A DNA stretch of 24,000 nucleotides from Clostridia bacterium (GCA_017554455.1 JAFZIH010000001.1:9-24008); one strand, 5' to 3'; positions 8,301-16,172 are shown, numbered from the stretch's first letter. Made by a program: numbers and translations. The notes: generated by a model not told the origin, from the letters alone.

Positions 8301-8549
8301 GAGCTCGAAGCGAACACGGTCGACGGCAGCATCACGTTTGAAAAGGTTCTGTACGGCGACGCGAACTGCGACGGACAAGTGACGGCGGCGGACGCGGCGC
8401 TGATCCTCCGCGCAATTGTCGGGCTCTCCGAGCTTTCTCCGCGCGGCGTACTGAACGCGGACGCGGACGGCGATCTGGAGGTCACGGCGGAAGACGCGGC
8501 AGCGATCCTGCGCTACGTGGTCGGGCTCATCGAAGGTCTGCCCGCGTAA
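5349..8549 (+). CDS. Large secreted multidomain protein: signal peptide, GLUG-like repeats, Listeria-Bacteroides/InlB-B-like repeats, two cohesin-like segments, C-terminal type I dockerin
   Basis: Start MIRNGRRTLAALLALIMVLVLLPTVSAKA with ggagggaggt RBS. Repeats 'GGVVGY...VKTCTNSGAVSVSG'; 'FTGWNTNADGDGD...LTLYAQWRV'; two 'RYDVxxKS...FIGYDxDxLxxVEAKTE...FxFAWAxD' segments; C-terminus GDANCDGQVTAADAALILRAIVGLSELSPRGVLNADADGDLEVTAEDAAAILRYVVGL. Confidence 0.85.
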   Translation: MIRNGRRTLAALLALIMVLVLLPTVSAKADGEIEISNYEQLKAFAARVNARETGLNAKLTADITCTDKTWTPIGTNNWYYRGTFNGQGYKIIGLSNADVDYSGLSDDFVYIGLFGRSGGTVENVVLEDCDLSFASDADGRVYMGAAVGWNGGTVEGCSSSGTLSAALTNISVTAGIGGVVGYNKNTVKTCTNSGAVSVSGNIPSIYVGGVVGYSGGAEQYCANTGAVTGAGRVTVGGVVGYCNSVKNCFNTGAVSGYDAAGGIVGFTTYGTVENCLNVGTVTGDSHTGGVIGQNNYGTVKTCLSVGAVSGSGRYIGGVVGMCPNNASVTSYVENCYYLNTAASAAIGAVGTATVTNVAALTAEQLKSLSNCVGFSTDTWYEGLSYPVLKDFSAEIHLYANSDEDLVLQHFICAYVPTAFANPFTYADHEFTGWNTNADGDGDPYDETHEFTLLPGEILTLYAQWRVAAFTITFQNEDGSELSKGLVNVNETPVYTGNTPTKAPTVEHLYTFAGWKDADGVVYTDALPAVTGEATYIAVYTESDRVYTGPVWAWDGYESATATFTATDDTTFTQVLTATGDAITNAVTTQPTCTEPGERTYTAKVSFLGKVYTNDKTEPIDATGHDWGEPTYEWTEIPGGYVCTATRVCNNNAEDIETETVGSTYAVITEPDLKQNGLGRYTSAAFENEAFAVQTKDVVIPMLALGLYGEDVNAFDVAEYTEDGTLYRYDVKFKSDAGALPIVSMQAFIGYDADALTLVEAKTELPGSVTTHDENGVFSFAWANDEGVDMESGAVVVSLYFKLDGTVGDGDVLLFPFTDGDFQNTAAYLEDGAVTEAAAFETEDGSIAFAVPELTIAGEDVLSGDVYVIEDGKVLYRYDVRAKDLPAAGLMINSAQIFLGFDHDILAVAKTEGVVDWTTSDDGSTFMASWASDTEAELKENDIVLTLWFTKIGPAPEDGVVPIIFTVNPLGFESAVSITFAGAVTELEANTVDGSITFEKVLYGDANCDGQVTAADAALILRAIVGLSELSPRGVLNADADGDLEVTAEDAAAILRYVVGLIEGLPA
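5850..6390 (+). repeat. GLUG-like repeat region within the secreted protein
   Basis: Roughly 25-aa repeating units: GGVVGYNKNTVKTCTNSGAVS / GGVVGYSGGAEQYCANTGAVT / GGVVGYCNSVKNCFNTGAVS / GGIVGFTTYGTVENCLNVGTVT / GGVIGQNNYGTVKTCLSVGAVS / GGVVGMCPN. Confidence 0.75.
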
Positions 8550-8567
8550 GAACCGCAACAAAACATG

Positions 8568-8600
8568 AAAAAAGCTCCCGGAAAATCCGGGAGCTTTTTT
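8568..8600. terminator. Strong bidirectional intrinsic terminator between convergent genes; ends the glycine cleavage operon on the minus strand
   Basis: aaaaaagctcccgga-aaa-tccgggagctttttt perfect 15-bp inverted repeat. Confidence 0.92.
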
Positions 8601-8608
8601 GCTTTGGT

Positions 8609-9973
8609 TCAGCCGAGCTTTGCGGAAAGATCGCGGAGCGCGTCGGTCAGCGCTTCCTCGAAGGTCGGATGCGGACGCATTGCCATGAGAAGATCGTCCG
8701 GGGTGAGCCCGTTTGCGATCGCAAGACCGAGCTCGCCGATCATGTCACTTACATTTGTTCCCATCATCTGCACGCCGAGGATCTTTTTCGTTTCCGCGTG
8801 CGCGAGCACCTTCATAAAGCCGCGGTCGCCGTTCACGATGACGGTTCTGCCGTTAGAGAACATCGTTACCTTGCCGACCTTCACGGGGATCTCCGCGTCC
8901 TTTGCTTCCTGCTCGGTCAAGCCGACGGACGCGATCTCCGGGCGGGTGTAGACGCAGCTCGGTACGATCGAAAGATCGACGCCGCTGCTGTTTCCCGCGA
9001 TCTCGTTGACCGCATAAAGCCCCTGCGCCGTCGCAACGTGCGCAAGCTGGATCTTCGCGGAGACGTCGCCGATCGCGTACACGCCCTCCATCGAGGTCTC
9101 GAACTTCTCGTTGACCTTGATGCGGCGGCCTTCCATCTCGAGCGCGACCCCCTCGCCGAACAGCCCGTCGGTGTAGGGACGTCTTCCGATCGCGCAGAGC
9201 ACGACCTCGGCTTCCGCGCTTGCGGGCGTACCTTTCTGCTCAAAGTTCACGGAAAGACCGGTTTCGGTCTTCGTGACCGACTTGACCATCGCGCCGGTCG
9301 CGATTTTCACGCCGCGCTTTTTCATGATCATGGAAAGGTTCTGTCCAAGCTCCTTGTCAAGAAGCGGCAGCAGCCGGTCAAGCCCTTCGACCACGGTCAC
9401 GTCGACGCCGAGATCGTTGAAGAACGTCGCAAATTCCATGCCGATCACGCCGCCGCCGATGATGACGATGGATTTGAACGGCGCAACGCCCGAAAGAAGC
9501 TCGTCCGAGGTCAGAACGCCGGGAAGGTCGAGACCCGGGATCGGGGGACGCGCGGGCACGGAGCCCGTCGCGAGCAGGATGTTCTCCGCGGTACAGACCG
9601 CGTCGCCGACTTTTACGGTGTGCGGCGCGGTGAGCGTGCCTGTTCCTGCAATCACAGTGACTTTTGCGCTTTTCAACAGTCCTTCCACGCCGCCGCGCAG
9701 CTTTTCGACGACCTGCTGCTTATAGGCATAGATCGCATTGAGGTCGAACGCGGGCTCGCAGACGACGCCGAGCGCCGCGCCGTTTTTTGCTTCCTCATAG
9801 ACCGAGGAGGCGTGCAGCAGCGCCTTGGTCGGGATGCAGCCGCGATTCAGGCAGGTGCCGCCGACAAAGTCCTTTTCGATGAGCGCGGTTTTCAAACCGA
9901 GCTTTGCGGCATGCAGCGCCGCTTCGTATCCGCCGGGGCCGCCGCCCACGACGATCAGATCAAAATCGTACAT
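8609..9973 (-). CDS. lpdA: Dihydrolipoyl dehydrogenase
   Basis: FAD motif GGGPGGYEAALHAAKLG, redox-active disulfide GGTCLNRGCIPTKALL, NAD motif IGGGVIGMEFA, and C-terminal HPTFEEALTDAL. Confidence 0.95.
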   Translation of the reverse strand: MYDFDLIVVGGGPGGYEAALHAAKLGLKTALIEKDFVGGTCLNRGCIPTKALLHASSVYEEAKNGAALGVVCEPAFDLNAIYAYKQQVVEKLRGGVEGLLKSAKVTVIAGTGTLTAPHTVKVGDAVCTAENILLATGSVPARPPIPGLDLPGVLTSDELLSGVAPFKSIVIIGGGVIGMEFATFFNDLGVDVTVVEGLDRLLPLLDKELGQNLSMIMKKRGVKIATGAMVKSVTKTETGLSVNFEQKGTPASAEAEVVLCAIGRRPYTDGLFGEGVALEMEGRRIKVNEKFETSMEGVYAIGDVSAKIQLAHVATAQGLYAVNEIAGNSSGVDLSIVPSCVYTRPEIASVGLTEQEAKDAEIPVKVGKVTMFSNGRTVIVNGDRGFMKVLAHAETKKILGVQMMGTNVSDMIGELGLAIANGLTPDDLLMAMRPHPTFEEALTDALRDLSAKLG

Positions 9974-9998
9974 ATCAAATCTCCTTTGATGCAGCGTG

Positions 9999-10532
9999 TT
10001 ATGGATTCTGTTTCCGGATCATTTCGATCGCTTCGTCCATGGAAACGCAATCGGCGAACAGGTCCGGCCAGACCTCGTTCATATAATAGTTATAGGTCGT
10101 TTCGCCGGTCATGTAATCATTGTCGAACGTGGAATTGGTTCCCTCGGGAATGATCACGTGATAACCGCGCTCGAAGGCGGATTTCACGGTCGCGTCGATG
10201 CAGAAATTCGTCTGCAGCCCTATGATCATCAGGTCTTCGTCCTTTGCGGCCTCGAGATACGCGGTGAAATCTTTGTTTCCGAACGCGCTGTTGATGGTCT
10301 TGACAAACGCCTTCTCGCCCGCGGCAGGCGCGACTTCATCGGCGATCTCAAACGCCTCACGGCCGACGGTAAACCCGGTATCGGCGCCGGCGTCGTGCTG
10401 CACATAGATAACTTCGACGCGGTTCTCTCTGGCCTCCCGAATGAGCTTCGGAATGTTCTCAAGAAGACCGGTGAAATTGTACAGCTCATCGTCCATCAGC
10501 GCTTTCTGCATGTCAATTACGATCAGTTTCAT
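9999..10532 (-). CDS. Cysteine hydrolase family protein (isochorismatase-like fold)
   Basis: MKLIVIDMQKALMDD...VIYVQHDAG...VKTINSAFGNKDFTAYLEAAKDEDLMIIGLQTNFCIDATVKSAFERGYHVIIPEGTNSTFD: catalytic Asp/Lys/Cys pattern of isochorismatase-like hydrolases. Confidence 0.88.
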   Translation of the reverse strand: MKLIVIDMQKALMDDELYNFTGLLENIPKLIREARENRVEVIYVQHDAGADTGFTVGREAFEIADEVAPAAGEKAFVKTINSAFGNKDFTAYLEAAKDEDLMIIGLQTNFCIDATVKSAFERGYHVIIPEGTNSTFDNDYMTGETTYNYYMNEVWPDLFADCVSMDEAIEMIRKQNP

Positions 10533-10562
10533 TGGAAACTCCTTTCATAGGTTCGAATTTGG

Positions 10563-11540
10563 TTAAAGCACGGAAGCGATCAGCCCGAGCAGATCCGCCT
10601 GCCGGTCCGGTTCGACGCCGGATCTGTTGAGTGCCTGTTCGATCGCGTCACTTTGGAGAGGACAGCCGATCAAAGCTGCTTTGAACTTGTCCGCCAGTCC
10701 TTCGTCCATGGCGTCGGTGTAGACTTTGGCATCGGTAATCACGCCGCGATCCGCGCGGATCTGCAGCTCAACGCCGCCCCACGGAAAGCGCGATTCACAG
10801 CGGAACGTGAACGGAAGCTTTTGCCCATAGAGCCACGCGTCGCTCGCGTAATGCGCCGTGAGTTCCGTGACGCGCAGTTCGTCGATGACGGGCGGCGCGG
10901 ATACCGGCAGCCCGTAAACGTCCGAAAACGCCTGCTTCATGGCGGCTTTCAGGGTGTCGACGGTGAGCGCGGGGTTGAGCTCCTTAAGGTTCACGACCCG
11001 AGAACGCACGCTTTCCACGCCCTTTGCCTGCATCTTTGCTTTCGAGGGACTAAGGTACCGGCTCATGGCGTCCGCGTCGACGTCTATGAGTAACGTGCCG
11101 TGGTGATACGCGCGTCCTTCGTGGTGGTAAAACGCGTTGCCGGAAAACTTTCGTCCCGAGGCAAGGAGGTCGTTTCTGCCCGAGATCTCCGTTTCGATCC
11201 CGCAAAGCGCGCACGCCCGTTGGATCACGGAAAGCTGGCGGGGAAGGTCATAGTCCTCCTCGCGCATCAGAAACGTAAAGTTCAGGTTGTTGCGATCGTG
11301 ATAGACCGCGCCGCCGCCGGACAGCCGCCGCGCAAGGCGCCCGCCCTCTTCCGAAAGCAGCGTCGTGCGGCACTCCGCCCAGGCGTTCTGGTTCTTGCCG
11401 ATCACGACCGTGCGCTCGTTCCGCCACAGATAAAGAAGGCAGCACCCGCTTTCAACGGTTTCCAGCAGGTGCTGCTCAATTGCCAGATTGCGATAGGGGT
11501 CAAGCCCCTCGCTTTCATAGACCCGAAGCCGGTCGATCAT
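10563..11540 (-). CDS. lplA: Lipoate--protein ligase
   Basis: MIDRLRVYESEGLDPYRNLAIEQHLLETVESGCCLLYLWRNERTVVIGKNQNAWAEC...GRLARRLSGGGAVYHDRNNLNFTFLM. Start at 11540 overlaps the gcvPB stop (ATGA); the longer ORF start at 12242 lies inside gcvPB antiframe sequence. Confidence 0.92.
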   Translation of the reverse strand: MIDRLRVYESEGLDPYRNLAIEQHLLETVESGCCLLYLWRNERTVVIGKNQNAWAECRTTLLSEEGGRLARRLSGGGAVYHDRNNLNFTFLMREEDYDLPRQLSVIQRACALCGIETEISGRNDLLASGRKFSGNAFYHHEGRAYHHGTLLIDVDADAMSRYLSPSKAKMQAKGVESVRSRVVNLKELNPALTVDTLKAAMKQAFSDVYGLPVSAPPVIDELRVTELTAHYASDAWLYGQKLPFTFRCESRFPWGGVELQIRADRGVITDAKVYTDAMDEGLADKFKAALIGCPLQSDAIEQALNRSGVEPDRQADLLGLIASVL

Positions 11541-12940
11541 GCAAAATCGTAGCGCACGATCGGGTTGCGGGCCGCCTTGACCTCGTCGGGCCGTCCGATC
11601 GGGGTATGATGCGGCGCGTTGTGCATGTATTCCGGATCGGTCTTGCCGAGCTCGTAGAGCTTGCGGAAAATCTCCGCCGCCCAGTCGAGCGTTTCGATAC
11701 TTTCCGTTTCGGTCGGCTCGAGCATCAGCGCTTCGTGCACGATCAGCGGGAAGTACATTGTCGGCGGATGCATGCCGTAGTCGATCAGCGACTTCGCCAC
11801 GTCGAGCGCGGAAACGCCGGTCTCCTTCTCGTAGCCGGAAAGGTCGAGCACGAATTCGTGCATGCAGATGCGGTCGAACGCGGGCGTGAACGTGCCCTTG
11901 ATCTTTTGCATCAGGTAGTTCGCGTTCAGAACCGCGTTGGTCGCCGCTTCCGGAATGCCTTCTCTTCCGAGCGTCATCACGTACGCGAGCGCGCGGACGC
12001 AGACGAGGAAGTTGCCCATAAAGCCACGGACCTGCAGCCGGCCCGGACGCTCCATCAGCGCCGAATGCGGCAGGAACGGCTTTAAGAACTCCTTGCAGCC
12101 GACTGCGCCTGCGCCGGGACCGCCGCCGCCGTGCGGGGTGGCGAACGTCTTGTGAAGATTCAGATGGATGCAGTCGAAGCCCATGTCGCCGGGACGCACG
12201 ACGCCCATGATCGCGTTCGTGTTTGCGCCGTCGTAGTAGCACAGACCGCCCGCCTCGTGCACGAGCTTCGTGATCTCGAGGATGTTCTCGTCAAAGATGC
12301 CGACCGTGTTCGGGTTCGTCAGCATCAGGCCCGCGGTGTCCTCGCCGAGGACCGCACGCAAAGCTTCGAGATCGACGCAGCCGTCCGGCGCGGAGGGGAT
12401 GTTCACAACCTGATAGCCGCACATTGCCGCCGTCGCGGGGTTTGTTCCGTGCGCGGAATCCGGCACGATGATCTTGGTGCGCTTTTTGTCATTGCGCGAA
12501 TCGTGATACTGTTTGATGAGCAGCACGCCGGTGAATTCGCCGTGCGCGCCCGCCGCGGGCTGGAAGGTCATGCCGTCCATGCCGGTGATCTCGCAAAGGT
12601 CCGCGCGGAGGATGTCGAGTACTTCAAGGGCGCCGCGGACGGAGGATTTCGGCGCGAGCGGATGGATGTTTGTAAAGCCCTCCATGGCCGCCGCATCCTC
12701 GTCGATGCGCGGGTTGTACTTCATGGTGCAGGAGCCGAGCGGATAAAAGCCGCAGTTCACGCCGTGCACCTGCTTATTGAGCTCGGTGTAGTGGCGGGAG
12801 ACGTCGGTCTCGCTCATCTCGGGAAGGCGCGGCGCGACCTCGCGCTTGAGCCCTTCAGGGAGCGCGACCGCTTCGACGTCGCACTTCGGCAGAATGTCGC
12901 ACTTGCGTCCTTTTACGCTTTTTTCAAAGATCAGCTTCAT
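11537..12940 (-). CDS. gcvPB: Glycine dehydrogenase (decarboxylating) subunit 2
   Basis: ...NKQVHGVNCGFYPLGSCTMKYNPRIDE...and PLP-lysine motif LNLHKTFATPHGGGGPGAGAVG. Confidence 0.95.
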   Translation of the reverse strand: MKLIFEKSVKGRKCDILPKCDVEAVALPEGLKREVAPRLPEMSETDVSRHYTELNKQVHGVNCGFYPLGSCTMKYNPRIDEDAAAMEGFTNIHPLAPKSSVRGALEVLDILRADLCEITGMDGMTFQPAAGAHGEFTGVLLIKQYHDSRNDKKRTKIIVPDSAHGTNPATAAMCGYQVVNIPSAPDGCVDLEALRAVLGEDTAGLMLTNPNTVGIFDENILEITKLVHEAGGLCYYDGANTNAIMGVVRPGDMGFDCIHLNLHKTFATPHGGGGPGAGAVGCKEFLKPFLPHSALMERPGRLQVRGFMGNFLVCVRALAYVMTLGREGIPEAATNAVLNANYLMQKIKGTFTPAFDRICMHEFVLDLSGYEKETGVSALDVAKSLIDYGMHPPTMYFPLIVHEALMLEPTETESIETLDWAAEIFRKLYELGKTDPEYMHNAPHHTPIGRPDEVKAARNPIVRYDFA

Positions 12941-14250
12941 GCGAGCACCTCCTTTACGACGGAAACAACATCATCGAGCGTCGCCTTCGATACCTTTTCG
13001 GTCACGCACCAGAGCATGCCGTCCTCGTAGGGAAGACCGGAGAGGGTGCCCTTCGCGGCAAGCGCCTGTTCGACTTCTTTGCACTTCGGCATGTCAAGCA
13101 GGAACTCGTGGAAGAACGGATGATCGTAGCGCAGCTTGACGCCGGGGATCGCCGTGAGCGCTTTTTCAAGATAATGCGCCTTTGCCATGCACTGGTTTGC
13201 GACCTCCGCCATGCCGTCGGGTCCCATCGTTGCCATATAGAGCCCTGCGGTCAAAGCGCACAGCGCCTCGTTCGAGCAGATATTGGAGCTTGCCTTTTCG
13301 CGGCGGATGTGCTGTTCGCGCGCCTGCAGCGAAAGGACGTACGCTTTATTGCCGTCATGGTCCGTCGTTTCGCCGACGATACGGCCGGGGAGCTTGCGGA
13401 TGTTCTTCATGGTCGTCGCCATGAAGCCGAGGTACGGACCGCCGAAGCCGATCGGCATACCCAGCGGCTGACCTTCGCCGACCGCGACGTCCGCGCCCGA
13501 TTCGCGCGGGGTCTTCATGATCGCAAGCGCAATGGGATTGCAGCCCATCACGAACATCGCGCCTGCCGCGTGGACGATCTCGCCCAAAGCGTCTGCGTCC
13601 TCAAAGACGCCGTAGAAGTTCGGCTGCTGTACGTAGAACGAAGCGACTCCGTCGTTCAGAAGCGCTTTCAGCGCTTCCGCGTCGGTCTTGCCGTCTTTCA
13701 TGGGAACGACGACCAGTTCGTCGTTCGTGCCGTAGCAGTAGGTGCGGACGGTGTTGATCACGTCCGGATGCGTCGTCGCCGAGATCAGCGTCACACGGCG
13801 CTTGCGGTCGCGGCACATGGCGGCGGCTTCCGCCGCTGCGGTCGCGCCGTCGTACACGGACGCGTTGGATGCGTCCATGCCCGTGAGCTCCGCGATCATC
13901 GTCTGATACTCGAAGATCGACTGTAAGACCCCCTGGCTGATCTCCGCCTGATAGGGTGTGTAGGCGGTGAGGAACTCTTCCTTTGCGGGGATATACTTTA
14001 CGATCGACGGAATGTAATGATCGTACGCACCTGCGCCGCGAAGCACGGTCTTAAAGACCGTGTTCTTCGCCGCGAGCGCCGCCATGGCGGCGCGAACTTC
14101 CATCTCGCTCTTGCCCTCGGGCAGATCGAGCGGACGGTTCAGGATCATGTTTTCCGGCACGTCGCGATAGAGCTCACGGTAGTCGTTGAGCCCGATCGCC
14201 TTCAGCATTTCCCGGCGCTGTTCCTCGGTGGAAGGAACGTAGCTTCCCAT
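12937..14250 (-). CDS. gcvPA: Glycine dehydrogenase (decarboxylating) subunit 1
   Basis: MGSYVPSTEEQRREMLKAIGLNDYRELYRDVPENMILNRPLDLPEGKSE...FLTAYTPYQAEISQGVLQSIFEYQTMIAELTGMDASNASVYDGATAAAEA. ATGA overlap with gcvPB. Confidence 0.95.
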   Translation of the reverse strand: MGSYVPSTEEQRREMLKAIGLNDYRELYRDVPENMILNRPLDLPEGKSEMEVRAAMAALAAKNTVFKTVLRGAGAYDHYIPSIVKYIPAKEEFLTAYTPYQAEISQGVLQSIFEYQTMIAELTGMDASNASVYDGATAAAEAAAMCRDRKRRVTLISATTHPDVINTVRTYCYGTNDELVVVPMKDGKTDAEALKALLNDGVASFYVQQPNFYGVFEDADALGEIVHAAGAMFVMGCNPIALAIMKTPRESGADVAVGEGQPLGMPIGFGGPYLGFMATTMKNIRKLPGRIVGETTDHDGNKAYVLSLQAREQHIRREKASSNICSNEALCALTAGLYMATMGPDGMAEVANQCMAKAHYLEKALTAIPGVKLRYDHPFFHEFLLDMPKCKEVEQALAAKGTLSGLPYEDGMLWCVTEKVSKATLDDVVSVVKEVLA

Positions 14251-14253
14251 CGA

Positions 14254-14628
14254 TTATGCCTCCGCGATGAATGCTTCGTAAGCCGCCGCGTCGAGCAGTT
14301 CTTCGGTCGCGGTGACGTCGGCGACCTTGATGATCCACGCGCCGTACGGATCGTTGTTCAAAAGTTCCGGCGCGTCGAGGAGCTCCTCATTGATCTCGGC
14401 AACGGTGCCGGAGACGGGGGAAAGGAGATCGGAAACGGCCTTGACGGATTCGACGTCGCCGAACGCTTCACCCGCGGTGACCGCGTCGCCGACTTCCGGC
14501 AGGTTCACGAACACGAGATCGCCGAGCGCGTCCTGCGCGAAATCGGAGATGCCGATCACGAGAAGATCGTCTTCCTTTTTGACCCACTCATGGTCCTTGC
14601 TGTACTGTAATTCGGGTTTGATCGTCAT
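14254..14628 (-). CDS. gcvH: Glycine cleavage system H protein
   Basis: LQYSKDHEWVKKEDDLLVIGISDFAQDALGDLVFVNLPEVGDAVTAGEAFGDVESVKAVSDLLSPVSGTVAEIN; lipoyl-lysine ESVKAVSD motif. Confidence 0.96.
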   Translation of the reverse strand: MTIKPELQYSKDHEWVKKEDDLLVIGISDFAQDALGDLVFVNLPEVGDAVTAGEAFGDVESVKAVSDLLSPVSGTVAEINEELLDAPELLNNDPYGAWIIKVADVTATEELLDAAAYEAFIAEA

Positions 14629-14646
14629 GGTAATATCCTCCTGAAA

Positions 14647-15888
14647 TTATTTTGCTTTATAAATGACCGGCACCACGTAGGGCGGGACATTGTTCGAGAT
14701 ATGCTTCGAGGGAATAACGGCCTTCAAACGCTTGCCGCGCACATCGACCTCGACTTCGCCGTTTACCGGAACGTCAGACTTGATGTAGCAGATACCGATC
14801 GCGCGCTTGCTTGTCTGCTCGGTGAGATGCACGTTTTCGCCTTCGCCCTCGGTGACGAAGTACGGGATCATCGTGCCGCTGGTGACCCAGCCGATCATCT
14901 CGCCGTTGCGGTATACTTCCATGCCGTGGCGAATGACGCCGCGATCCAGAAGCGCGATAGGACGGACGCGTTTAGAAAGCGTCGCCATCGCTTCGGGATT
15001 GTAATCCTTTGCTTTGAAGCACGCCTGCGCCGCCGCCTGTGCTTTCAGCGCTTCCTTACCTACGAAATCGCCCTTCGCCTCGTCGAACGAGACCGCGAAC
15101 TTCGCAAGCGCGAGCGCGAAGATCGGCATCGGCTTGCCTTCTTCGTCCACGCCCATCTCGTCGCCGTACAGCGGGAGCATGCCTTCCATGCGGAGCGTGT
15201 CGCGCGCGCCGAGGCCCGCGGGCTTGCCGCCGAGCTCGATGAGACGGTTCCATGCCCAGAGCGCGTCTTCATTCTTGATGAACAGCTCGTAGCCGATCGG
15301 TTCCGCCGTGTAGCCCGTTCTCGAAACGAGGATCTCGTGCCCTTCCATCATCAGCGTGGAAAGATTGTTGCGGGCGGGCTTGGTGACTTCGTCGACGCCC
15401 GCGAGCGTTTTCAGGATCTCTTCGCTCTTCGGACCCTGCACCGCGATGGAGACGGTCTCCGAGGTGATGTTACGGATCGTGCAGTCGTAGTTTTTCACGA
15501 TCGGTTCGAACCACGCGAGGTCCTTATCGGTGTTCGACGCATTGACGACGAGCAGATAACGGTCCTCCTCGAAGCGATAGAGATACGCGTCGTCGACCGC
15601 GCTGCCGTCCTCCGCCGGGATGATGCAGTACTGCGCCTGATTGATGCCGAGCAGGGACGCGTTGCTCGAAAGCACGTGCTGCAAAAATGCGAGGCGCTCC
15701 GGTCCTTCGATGATGAGACGGCCCATATGGGACACGTCGAAAAGACCGCAGCAGCTTCTGGTGTACAGATGCTCCCCTATGATGCCTTCGGGATACTGGA
15801 TCGGCATTTCCCACCCGCCGAAGTCGACCATCGTCGCGCCGGCCTTGATGTGGGCGTCGTACAGTAGGGTACGTTTGAGTTCGCTCAT
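14647..15888 (-). CDS. gcvT: Glycine cleavage system T protein (aminomethyltransferase)
   Basis: MSELKRTLLYDAHIKAGATMVDFGGWEMPIQYPEGIIGEHLYTRSCCGLFDVSHMGRLIIEG. Start at 15888 with aggagg RBS; the upstream extension to 16020 runs into the riboswitch/terminator and is rejected. Confidence 0.94.
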   Translation of the reverse strand: MSELKRTLLYDAHIKAGATMVDFGGWEMPIQYPEGIIGEHLYTRSCCGLFDVSHMGRLIIEGPERLAFLQHVLSSNASLLGINQAQYCIIPAEDGSAVDDAYLYRFEEDRYLLVVNASNTDKDLAWFEPIVKNYDCTIRNITSETVSIAVQGPKSEEILKTLAGVDEVTKPARNNLSTLMMEGHEILVSRTGYTAEPIGYELFIKNEDALWAWNRLIELGGKPAGLGARDTLRMEGMLPLYGDEMGVDEEGKPMPIFALALAKFAVSFDEAKGDFVGKEALKAQAAAQACFKAKDYNPEAMATLSKRVRPIALLDRGVIRHGMEVYRNGEMIGWVTSGTMIPYFVTEGEGENVHLTEQTSKRAIGICYIKSDVPVNGEVEVDVRGKRLKAVIPSKHISNNVPPYVVPVIYKAK

Positions 15889-15941
15889 GAGAATCCTCCT
15901 TTTGAAATATGAACGTGTGCGGCGACCCGCCGCGGAAAATG

Positions 15942-15972
15942 AAAAAGCGCAAAGTACGGCTGTACCCTGCGC
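15942..15972 (-). terminator. Intrinsic terminator serving as riboswitch expression platform
   Basis: Minus strand GCGCAGGGTAC-AGCC-GTACTTTGCGC followed by TTTTTC; the stem pairs with two G-U wobbles. Confidence 0.75.
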
Positions 15973-16135
15973 CTCCGTTTTTTGCCTGAGAGATTCCCGT
16001 CTGATGATCGACGGTTGCACCGACGGCGTAAAGGGTGTGTCCCTTTCCTTTCCGGAGCCACGTCCGGGTCCGATCCTTCTGCCTGAGAGTTTTTGCAGTT
16101 CCCCTTCGGCGTCGTAAAACGACCTCTCCCGGGCC
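15973..16135 (-). promoter_or_regulatory. Tandem glycine riboswitch upstream of gcvT
   Basis: Minus strand aptamer 1: GGGAGAGGTCG...CGCCGAAGGGG...CTGCAAAAACTCTCAGGCAGAAGGA. Aptamer 2: GGCTCCGGAAAGGAAAGGG-ACACA-CCCTTTACGCCGTCGGTGCAACCGTC...GACGGGAATCTCTCAGGCAAAAAACGGAGG. Located directly upstream of the gcv operon. Confidence 0.9.
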
Positions 16136-16172
16136 CATCATCCGTGACGATATTCGGTTTTTGTCCTTGTAT

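Noticed and set aside
5826-8561. 911-aa minus-strand ORF antisense to the secreted GLUG/dockerin protein
   Set aside because: It is the shadow of a real high-GC coding frame: Arg/Asp/Val-rich composition, no recognisable motif, no clear RBS, and it begins at the bidirectional terminator. The sense strand has a signal peptide, RBS, promoter and domains.
8669-10153. 494-aa + strand ORF opposite lpdA and the hydrolase
   Set aside because: Antisense shadow of unambiguous enzyme genes; no domain seen in the translation.
11541-12242. N-terminal extension of the lipoate ligase ORF (559-aa version)
   Set aside because: The extra 234 residues are low-complexity Arg/His-rich out-of-frame sequence within gcvPB. 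The lipoate ligase motif begins right after the ATGA overlap at 11540.
12131-13030. 299-aa + strand ORF opposite gcvPB
   Set aside because: Mirror reading of conserved gcvPB sequence and no independent start signals.
14701-15867. 388-aa + strand ORF opposite gcvT
   Set aside because: Antisense shadow of gcvT with no protein-family signal.
15524-16141. ORFs across the gcvT leader (15524..16141 -, 15641..16117 +, 15885..16202 -)
   Set aside because: They run through the riboswitch and its terminator hairpin, a non-coding structured RNA, and encode no recognised motif.
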